This document shows, in pieces, positions 1 through 7,216 of a DNA stretch of 64,000 nucleotides. The notes below the pieces were generated by a model that was not told the origin of the DNA, ran no database searches, and was given only the letters and a program-made list of their open reading frames with translations. The DNA is from Dehalococcoidia bacterium (GTDB lineage: Bacteria > Chloroflexota > Dehalococcoidia > Lucifugimonadales > JADFKI01), in NCBI GenBank assembly GCA_965243355.1, contig OZ251547.1, positions 2,596,479-2,660,478 of the forward strand. The letters are read 5' to 3'. Position numbers and translations under genes: made by a program. The first letter of the stretch is position 1. Every line of letters starts with the position of its first letter.

Positions 1-447
1 CAAATGCGGCAGCAGCCCAAGACTCGCCGCCAGCTCGTCGCCGCCCTGATTCAGATTGCTCACCAGCCCCACGACCAGCCCTCGCTCGCGGCATGCTTGC
101 AGCGCGGGAATAGCGTCGTCAAACGCCGCCAGCCCGTACTCCACCCGCCGCACGCGCCGCCAGATAGCGCCCGCTCGCTCGCTTGACACCTCCACGCCCG
201 CGCCTTGCAGCACGCGCCGCTCATACTCCGCGAAAAACGCGTCCCGCTCCACGCGCCCAAGCCGCCGCACCGGGCGCGTGGCGTTCTGCTCCGACATAAA
301 CGCGTCCGCCAGATGATACCCGCGCAAAATCCCCTCCGGCGCAACGCTTATCCCAAAATCCGCCAGCGCCTCCGACTGTATCTCATAGCGCGACGGCCTA
401 AACCCCGCCAGCGTGTTGTACAAATCAAAAAAAACCGCCGTAATCAT
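1..447 (-). CDS. HAD-superfamily hydrolase (partial; 3' end lies beyond the window edge)
   Basis: Not in the ORF track because it is open at the window edge. My minus-strand translation from ATG at 447 reads MITAVFFDLYNTLAGFRPSRYEIQSEALADFGI...RGLVVGLVSNLNQGGDELA. This shows a HAD motif I-like FFDLYNTL and a motif II-like GLVSN. Confidence 0.55.
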   Translation of the reverse strand, partial: MITAVFFDLYNTLAGFRPSRYEIQSEALADFGISVAPEGILRGYHLADAFMSEQNATRPVRRLGRVERDAFFAEYERRVLQGAGVEVSSERAGAIWRRVRRVEYGLAAFDDAIPALQACRERGLVVGLVSNLNQGGDELAASLGLLPHL

Positions 448-594
448 AGCCGCCCCAATCGCTAATCCCGCCGCCAAGCCCGCCAACCGCCGCCGCCTAT
501 CCTACCACAACCGCCCCAATCTTATCCCGCAAACGCCCATCTATGTGCTATAATACCCCTTGTACAATCCCCTTTGTACTAGGAGGCATCCCTA

Positions 595-1467
595 ATGACC
601 ACTCAGACCGCAACAACCCAAACCGCCATCATCTACCCAGAATCGGACGGTCAGCCCATGCCCGACGGAGAATATCAATTCCCCATACACTCAAGCGCAT
701 ACTCCACGCTCCGCGTTCACTTCCGCCACTCCCCCGATGTTCGCGTCAACGGCAACACCTTTCTCTACTATGTAGAGGGCAACCCTCATATATCCGTATC
801 CCCCGACTGTTATGTAGCTACGGGCTTGTCCCCCGAGCAGCAGGAAAACATAAACCGCAACAACACCTACCGCCTGTGGGAAGTGGGCAAGCCGCCCGAC
901 TTCGTGATGGAGGTAGCGTCCTACAGCACAAAAAACGCCGACCTTGTGGCTAAGCGCGAGCTGTACGCAAGCTTGGGCATAAGCGAGTATTGGCGCTACG
1001 ACCACAGCGGCGGCGACCACTACGGCGAGCCATTGGTAGGCGAGCACCTAGTCGATGGCGAGTATCAGCCCTTGCGGATGAATGAGGACGACGACGGTCG
1101 CATCTGGGCGCGCAGCGACGCGCTGAACCTAGACCTATACTGGGACGACGGCGCTCTGCGCTTCTGGGATCCCGTCGCCCAAAAGTGGCTACGCAACCAC
1201 GAAGAGGATCACGACGGGCGGCTAGAGGAACGCGCCGGCCGCCTAGCAGCCGAATCACGCGCCAACCAAGAGCAAGCCGCCCGCGTAGCGGAACAGACCG
1301 CGCGTGAGATAGCCGAATCCCGCGCCGAGCAAGAGCAAGCCGGCCGCTTGGCAGAGCAAGCCGCGCGTGAAGTCGCCGAATCCCGCGCCCAAGCCGCCGA
1401 GGCCCGCGCCGCCGCTCTCGAAGCCCAACTTCGCCAACTCCGCGGCAACACCAACCCCTCGCCCTAG
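595..1467 (+). CDS. Uma2-family endonuclease (DUF820, PD-(D/E)xK-like) with Ala/Arg/Glu-rich coiled-coil tail
   Basis: 290-aa ORF with an AGGAGG RBS 8 nt upstream. Family hallmarks: YPESDGQPMPDGEYQ, SPDCYV, PDFVMEVASYST, EYWRYD. The last ~90 aa are AESRA/EQAAR-type low-complexity repeats. Confidence 0.8.
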   Translation: MTTQTATTQTAIIYPESDGQPMPDGEYQFPIHSSAYSTLRVHFRHSPDVRVNGNTFLYYVEGNPHISVSPDCYVATGLSPEQQENINRNNTYRLWEVGKPPDFVMEVASYSTKNADLVAKRELYASLGISEYWRYDHSGGDHYGEPLVGEHLVDGEYQPLRMNEDDDGRIWARSDALNLDLYWDDGALRFWDPVAQKWLRNHEEDHDGRLEERAGRLAAESRANQEQAARVAEQTAREIAESRAEQEQAGRLAEQAAREVAESRAQAAEARAAALEAQLRQLRGNTNPSP

Positions 1468-1478
1468 GAGCCACCACT

Positions 1479-2195
1479 ATGCCCGCTCACTCCGCCCCCA
1501 AGTCCATTGCGAAACCCACCATCTACTACCCCGACACCGACCACCAACCAATCCCCGACGGCGAATATCAAGCGCCCATTTACAGAAAAGTCGTAACCAC
1601 GCTGGAAACCCACTTCAACAAAACCCCCGGCGCGCATGTCAACGGCAACGTATTCATATACTACGAGGAGGGCAATCCCCGAAAAACAATAGCCCCTGAC
1701 TGCTACGTCGTCTTCAATCTCACCGATAAGGCAGTTCAATCCCTATCCCCGCAGGGCTACAACACCTACCTAATCTGGGAAGTCGGCAAACCCCCCGAAT
1801 TCGTCTTGGAAATAGGCTCGCCCAGCACAAAGCGATCCGACCTCACCACCAAACGCGCCATCTACGCAAGCATCGGCGTATCCGAATACTGGCGCTACGA
1901 CCAGACCGGCGGCTCATTCTACGGCGAACCGCTTGTAGGCGAGCGCCTAGTCAACGGCGAGTATCAGCGCCTTCCCCTAATCCAAGACGAGGACGGCGTA
2001 TGGGCATACAGCCCCGCGCTGAACCTACTCCTGTACTGGGATAATGGCGAACTGCGCTACTGGGATCCCGTCTCCAAAGAACGGCTACTCAACTACAAAG
2101 AGGCACACGCCGCCCGATTAGCGGCAGAAAGCCGCGCCGCCAAACTCCGCGCCGCCCGCCTTGCCGCCGAAACCCGCGTCCAAGCCGCCCGCTAA
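1479..2195 (+). CDS. Uma2-family endonuclease (DUF820) with short Ala/Arg-rich tail
   Basis: 238-aa paralog of the preceding gene: YPDTDHQPIPDGEYQ, APDCYVV, PEFVLEIGSPST, EYWRYD. AGGAG RBS upstream. Confidence 0.8.
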   Translation: MPAHSAPKSIAKPTIYYPDTDHQPIPDGEYQAPIYRKVVTTLETHFNKTPGAHVNGNVFIYYEEGNPRKTIAPDCYVVFNLTDKAVQSLSPQGYNTYLIWEVGKPPEFVLEIGSPSTKRSDLTTKRAIYASIGVSEYWRYDQTGGSFYGEPLVGERLVNGEYQRLPLIQDEDGVWAYSPALNLLLYWDNGELRYWDPVSKERLLNYKEAHAARLAAESRAAKLRAARLAAETRVQAAR

Positions 2196-2205
2196 CCCCC
2201 TGCAT

Positions 2206-3204
2206 ATGCTCCCCGGCAAGCTCCCCCCAGACCTCCTCTCCCGCATGCTCAGCGGCATCCCCGCGCATGACCCGCGCGTCATCCTAGGCGCCCGCCCCGG
2301 CGAAGACGCCGCAATCATAGACATCGGCGACCGATACCTCGTCGCCAAAACCGACCCAGTCACATTCGCCACCGACCTAATCGGCTGGTATATGGTGCAA
2401 GTCAACGCCAACGACCTCGCCGCTATGGGCGCAACCCCCCGCTGGCTCTTGGCGACCCTGCTGCTGCCGGAGCGCGCATCCCCCGACCACGCCCAAGCCA
2501 TCTTCGCCCAAATACTGGACGCCTGCGCCGAGCTGGACATTACCCTAATCGGCGGCCACACCGAAATCACCTACGACCTGCCTCGCCCCATCGCCGTTGG
2601 CGCGATGCTCGGCGAGGCGGCGAAAGACCGCGTAGTCCTCACATCCGGCGCAACGCCCGGCGACGCAATCATCCTAACGCAAGGCATCGCCATTGAGGGC
2701 TCATCCATACTCGCCCGCGAGGCCGCCGCCGCGCTCGCCGCCGCAGGCCTATCCCCCGACCTAATGCGCCGCGCCCAAGACCTGCTATTCGCGCCAGGCA
2801 TCAGCGTAGCCAAAGCCGCCGCCATCGCCTGCGACATCGGCGTCAACTCTATGCACGACCCCACCGAGGGCGGCCTAGCCACCGCCATCCGCGAGCTGGC
2901 TACCGCCGCCAACATAGGCGTCGCCATCCGCGCCGAAAGCATACCCGTCCTGCCCGAATGTCGCGCCATCTGCAACGCCCTAAACCTAGACCCGCTTGGC
3001 TTAATCGCATCCGGCGCCCTGCTCGCAACCCTGCCGCAAGATCGCGCCGCCAACCTCATAGCCGCCCTGCGACAAGCCGGCATCCCCGCCGCCCAAATCG
3101 GCAGCGCAACACATCCCGCCGACGGCCTAACCCTCACACGCGGCAGCGCCAGCCACCCCCTCCCCGAATTCGCCCGCGACGAACTAGCCCGCTACTTCGC
3201 CTAA
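2206..3204 (+). CDS. AIR synthase-related (PurM/HypE-like superfamily) protein
   Basis: The track ORF 2161..3204 overlaps the upstream gene, so I place the start at the internal ATG 2206 (MLPGKLPPDLL). PurM-fold motifs present: GEDAAIIDIG, AKTDPVTF, VNANDLAAMGATP, LIGGHTEI. There is no SelD GxGC/UK motif and no HypE C-terminal Cys. Confidence 0.65.
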   Translation: MLPGKLPPDLLSRMLSGIPAHDPRVILGARPGEDAAIIDIGDRYLVAKTDPVTFATDLIGWYMVQVNANDLAAMGATPRWLLATLLLPERASPDHAQAIFAQILDACAELDITLIGGHTEITYDLPRPIAVGAMLGEAAKDRVVLTSGATPGDAIILTQGIAIEGSSILAREAAAALAAAGLSPDLMRRAQDLLFAPGISVAKAAAIACDIGVNSMHDPTEGGLATAIRELATAANIGVAIRAESIPVLPECRAICNALNLDPLGLIASGALLATLPQDRAANLIAALRQAGIPAAQIGSATHPADGLTLTRGSASHPLPEFARDELARYFA

Positions 3205-3443
3205 CCCTGCCTTAATGCTAACCCCCGCCTTGCCGCCAACCTAACCTTTCGCGCCAACCCGCGTTGTATGACGCATAGCCATCCAACACAAATATCTATC
3301 GCGCCGAACCCGTTGTATCCCACACGACTATCGCAACACAGCCATCACGCACAGCCAGCGCGCAACCCCGTTGCCGCCCGCATATGTGTTATCCTTGACG
3401 CAACCAACTTTGCCTGCCCCCAACCTCAGGAGCCAAAAATCCC

Positions 3444-4940
3444 ATGCGCCTCAAATCCCGCCGCGCCCTCAGCCCCGCCATCCTGCCAACCCTGCTAAGC
3501 CTGATTGCAATCGCCGCCCTGCTAATCGCCTGCTCCGGCAATGCGCCCGCCGCCGCGCCCACCGCGCAACCCGCCGCGGCTCCTCAGACATCCGCGCCCA
3601 CACAAGCGCCGCCCCCGCCTACTGCCGCGCCCGCGCAACCCGCGCCCACCACTGCGCCCGCTCCCACGCAACCACCGCCTACGCCCGTTCCCACATCCGC
3701 GCCCGCCGCTCAGCCTGCTCAGCCCACGCCTACGCAAGCGCCGACTGCCGCTGCCACTACCGCGCCCGCTACTCAGCCCGCTCCCACTCAGCCGCCGCCA
3801 TCTGCGCCCGCTGCATCCACTAGCGGCCCCGCCATATTCACCCTAGGCGAAGGAACTATCGCCCGCTACAAAGTAGAAGAAGTTCTAGCCCGCACCGGCT
3901 CCTGGACTGCCACCGGCGAAACCACAGAGGTAGCCGGCCAACTCGCCTTTGACGCCGACGGCGCGCTAATCCCCGCCGAAAGCCGCGTCATCGTGCAGGC
4001 TGGCACGCTAGCAACCGACAGCGATAGGCGCGATAGATATGTGCGCGAGCGAACCCTCAACGCCTCGCAATACCCCGAAATCGTCTTCAGCCCAACCGCC
4101 ATAGACGGCTTGCCCGCGCCCCTAACCGCCGCGCAGGGCAGCATCGACTTCACAATCACCGGCGACCTAACCATCCGCGACCAAACTCGCCCTGTCACAT
4201 GGAGCGCCACCGCCGACTTCGCCGCCGCCACAATCAGCGGCGCTGCCAGCGTGGAATTCACCTTCGCCGATTTCGCTATGGACAAGCCCAGCGTCCCCAT
4301 CGTCCTCAGCGTAGAAGACACCATCCGCCTTGAAATAGACTTCACCGGCAGCCTATCCCAACCCTCGGCGGACGCAGACGCAACTCAGCCCTCCGACGCC
4401 GATGACACCACAAACGCCGCCGCATTCGTCAACACGCTCGGCGACGAAAACGCGCCCGTAACCATCATAGAATTCTCCGACTTCCAGTGAATCCACTGCC
4501 GCAACTTCGCCCTCGGGCCAGGGCGACAAATCATTGACGACTATGTCCACACCGGCAAAGCGCGATTCGTCTATCGCCACTTCATCGTAGTCGGCGAAGA
4601 ATCCATAATCGCCGCAATGGGCGCCGAATGCGCCGCCGAGCAGGGCAACTTCTGGCAATTCCACGACGCCCTGTTCGAAAACTGGCAAGGCGCGAACCAG
4701 GGCCACTTCCGCTTCGCCGCCCTGCAAGGCTTCGCCGACGAGCTCGGAATGGACGCCGCCCAATTCGAATCCTGCATGATAAGCGGTCGCGCATTCGAGC
4801 GCGTCCGCGCCGAACACCTAGACGCCGAAAGCCGCGGCGTCAACGGCACCCCCACCGTCCTAATCAACGGCGAGCGCGTAGGCGGCCCCTACGAGGCATA
4901 CCAACAAGCCATAGACGCCGCCCTAGCCGCAACGCAATGA
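3444..4940 (+). CDS. Lipoprotein with YceI-like domain fused to DsbA-like thioredoxin domain; in-frame TGA (4488..4490) at first CxxC position, candidate selenocysteine
   Basis: Track ORFs 3444..4490 and 4617..4940 are in the same frame (both starts are divisible by 3), and 4491..4616 has no stop. N-terminal part: signal peptide plus lipobox LIAC, then a P/A/T-rich linker. Middle: YceI-like block (GTIARYKVEEV...DSDRRDRYVRERTLNASQYPEIVF...FTITGDLTIRDQTRPV). C-terminal part: APVTIIEFSDFQ-TGA-IHCRNF...GKARFVYRHF...AECAAEQGNFWQFHDALF...GVNGTPTVLINGE, which is DsbA/BdbD-like. Confidence 0.7.
4507..4526 (+). promoter_or_regulatory. Candidate bacterial SECIS hairpin downstream of the in-frame UGA
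   Basis: 7-bp stem TCGCCCT/AGGGCGA with a 6-nt G-rich loop CGGGCC. It begins 17 nt after TGA 4488..4490. Confidence 0.5.
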
Positions 4941-5007
4941 GCGCATCCCCGCGCGCCCGCGCCAAATTTCCATTGACATAACGCCCAAAGTTTAGTAGCA
5001 TTGCGTT

Positions 5008-5041
5008 GGGCGGTTAAGACGTGCCGCTGTCTTAACCGCCC
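5008..5041 (+). terminator. Strong hairpin after the YceI-DsbA gene (terminator-like)
   Basis: Perfect 13-bp stem GGGCGGTTAAGAC / GTCTTAACCGCCC with an 8-nt loop, 68 nt after the stop at 4940. It is followed by a C/T-rich tract, not a clean U-run. Confidence 0.5.
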
Positions 5042-5266
5042 TCTCTTACCCCGTTGCCCTTGCAACCCTTACGTCGCGCCCCAGCCGATCAGCGGCCCTG
5101 CTGTCTATTCGCGCCCTGCCCGCGATAAGCGACGCCGCGGTTTGCATCAAAGCAACCTAATCAGGAGGTAACCCTATGCCCTGCCGATAGCCGCGCAATT
5201 CAATGCCCAAGCGTCAACCCATACAAGCGCAAAGCCCTAAACACGCGCATCAATCAAGGAGCGAAA

Positions 5267-5602
5267 TTGAACACGCAAATGTCATCGCGCAACCCAAACT
5301 CAGGCGAGAACGAAATGCCAACAATACACTCCCGGCTCACCAAACACGCGGCGCAACGCTACCAACAGCGCGGCAACATCCCGACCGAAGTGATCGGCCT
5401 ATATTTACGATACGCAAGCTGGACATACTCCAACGGCGCGAAATCATACTCTTTTGACAAGAAATCGCGCCGCCGCCTCAAAGCCGTCCTCAGCCGCCGC
5501 GACTACTGCCGCTGCGAAAAATGGCTTGACCGCTACATCGTGGCAGCCGACGACGGCGCGATAATCACCATCGCCCACCGCGCAAAGCGCTACCGCAACT
5601 AG
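5267..5602 (+). CDS. Hypothetical small protein (possibly DUF4258-like)
   Basis: 111-aa ORF with an AAGGAG RBS just upstream of the TTG at 5267. Alternative starts are 5279 and 5315. The HAAQRYQQRGNIPTEVI segment resembles small toxin-like families, but that is a weak call. The locus looks more A/T-rich than its surroundings. Confidence 0.4.
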   Translation: MNTQMSSRNPNSGENEMPTIHSRLTKHAAQRYQQRGNIPTEVIGLYLRYASWTYSNGAKSYSFDKKSRRRLKAVLSRRDYCRCEKWLDRYIVAADDGAIITIAHRAKRYRN

Positions 5603-5687
5603 CCCAATTCCCCACAGGGCGGCGGCTTTCATATACGCAGAGCCGCCGCCTGCCAAGCCCGATTACCCCCCATCCTCCCCCTAGCCC

Positions 5688-5716
5688 TTGCAACCCGCAA
5701 GCCCCCACCTTATACT
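5688..5716 (+). promoter_or_regulatory. Sigma70-like promoter giving a probable leaderless mRNA for the LON-domain gene
   Basis: TTGCAA (5688..5693), 17-nt spacer, TATACT (5711..5716). The ATG at 5723 is only 6 nt after the -10 box, and no RBS is present. Confidence 0.5.
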
Positions 5717-5722
5717 CTATCT

Positions 5723-6379
5723 ATGCTGCACGAACCGCCAAACACCCGCGAACTACCCATCTTCCCGCTCAACACGGTGCTATTCCCCGGCGCCGCGCTG
5801 CCGCTCCAGATATTCGAAGAGCGCTACAAGCAAATGCTGGAAGACTGCATGGAAGACGACGAGCGCTTCGGCATCGCGCTCATCAAATCCGGCAAAGAAA
5901 CCGGCGCGCCCGCCATACCCTACACAATCGGCACCGTGGCGCGCATAACCCAAGTCAACGAAGTGCGCGGCGGCCGCTTCTTCATCGCCATAGAGGGCGA
6001 GCGCCGCTTCCAAATCAACCGCATCACAAGCTACCGCCCCTATATGATAGGCGACGTCCGCCTTATGCCCGACCCGCCCGGCGACGACGCGCCCGACCAG
6101 ATCCAAGCCGTCAAGCGCGCCCTCAACCGCTACATCAGCCTAGTCAACGGCTTGCAGGGCGGCTGGTCCCGCGAAGTCCGCGCATCCTCAGACCCGGTGG
6201 ATCTCTCATACTACATAGCCGAAGTCCTGCGCCTAGACCTAACCGAAAAGCAAACCCTCCTAGAGGCGTCCACCGTCGCCGAGCGCCTAATCGCCGAGCG
6301 CGAGCTCCTAGAACGCGACCTAGACATCCTCCGCCAGCGCGTCCAAGAAGAGCTCCGCGGCAAATTCAGCCGGCAATAG
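5723..6379 (+). CDS. LON N-terminal substrate-binding domain protein (peptidase S16 lon domain)
   Basis: LPIFPLNTVLFPGAALPLQIFEERYKQML...RFGIALI is typical of stand-alone Lon N-terminal/PUA-like proteins. Confidence 0.75.
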   Translation: MLHEPPNTRELPIFPLNTVLFPGAALPLQIFEERYKQMLEDCMEDDERFGIALIKSGKETGAPAIPYTIGTVARITQVNEVRGGRFFIAIEGERRFQINRITSYRPYMIGDVRLMPDPPGDDAPDQIQAVKRALNRYISLVNGLQGGWSREVRASSDPVDLSYYIAEVLRLDLTEKQTLLEASTVAERLIAERELLERDLDILRQRVQEELRGKFSRQ

Positions 6380-6390
6380 CGGCCGCCTAC

Positions 6391-6421
6391 GCCCGCCAGG
6401 TGCTTGCGCGCAAGAGCGGGC
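6391..6421. terminator. GC-rich hairpin between convergent genes
   Basis: GCCCGC...GCGGGC stem enclosing the 12-nt palindrome CTTGCGCGCAAG. There is no U-tract. Confidence 0.35.
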
Positions 6422-6500
6422 GGGGGGGTTGCTGTAGGCTTTCGGATTATCTGCGTACAGGCGGTTAGGCAGGATCCGCTTTGCGCGAGCCAGGCAAGCG

Positions 6501-6752
6501 CTATCCGCCAAACAAATCGCGCCGAACCTGTCCGCTAGTAATCCCATTGTGCGCCGCTACATACCCCAAAATATCGCTCAATGTGCCGACGCGCACGCTG
6601 CGATGGCGCGGTATCAGCACTCTGCGCCGCGCGCCTTGAACATCCAAACCCATCGTTATATGGCTGCCGCGCTGACGAACAAAGCGGTAGCCGTAATGAC
6701 GACGCAGCAACGCTGCCAATTCGTCGCCCGATAAGTCGCGCGGCAGACTCAT
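6501..6752 (-). CDS. hicA: HicA-family mRNA interferase toxin
   Basis: LSGDELAALLRRHYGYRFVRQRGSHITM...IPRH..VRVGTLSDIL matches the HicA/YcfA pattern. It overlaps the upstream antitoxin gene by 4 bp. Confidence 0.8.
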   Translation of the reverse strand: MSLPRDLSGDELAALLRRHYGYRFVRQRGSHITMGLDVQGARRRVLIPRHRSVRVGTLSDILGYVAAHNGITSGQVRRDLFGG

Positions 6753-6964
6753 ACGGCGGTTACTTCTTCCTTGACCAGCTTCAGCAGCTGCAGCCGTATG
6801 GTTTCGGGCTTCTCTTCGTCATCGTCAAAGTAGCACAGCACGGCATCCCGCACCATATATTCCAGATCCGCCCAGTCATCCCCCTGCGTGAATATCCCAT
6901 ACCCCACTGCCCTGGCGTTGTAGCCGCCCTCCTCAGCCTCCGTAACCTCAAACACCATCTCCAT
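6749..6964 (-). CDS. hicB: HicB-like antitoxin
   Basis: I place the start at the internal ATG 6964 (MEMVFEVTEAEEGGYNARAVGYGIFTQGDDWADLEYMVRDAV), which has an AAGGAGAG RBS upstream. This is a HicB N-terminal fold-type sequence. Confidence 0.65.
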   Translation of the reverse strand: MEMVFEVTEAEEGGYNARAVGYGIFTQGDDWADLEYMVRDAVLCYFDDDEEKPETIRLQLLKLVKEEVTAV

Positions 6965-7216
6965 AAAACTCTCTCCTTGTGTCTTTGTTTGCTTTTCTAT
7001 TATATGCGCTACAAGCCCCCTTGCCAACACCCCCACAACCCCCTCCTCGCCCCTAACGCTTGACAATCCCCGCTCTGCTACATTACCATTCGCTACAATT
7101 ATCACAATCGGGTGATAGTGCCGCGCGTTAGGCAGACATATTCGCCTTGCCTGCGCCTATGCGTTATCCGAAACACGGCGTACAGCGCGCCGAAATCAGC
7201 GAGAGAGGTTGGTGAA

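Noticed and set aside
2206-3204. Possibility that the PurM-fold gene just upstream of the candidate selenoprotein is selenophosphate synthetase (SelD).
   Set aside because: It lacks the N-terminal GxG(C/U)xK motif of SelD and looks like the generic AIR synthase-related/HypE-like group. The proximity alone is not evidence.
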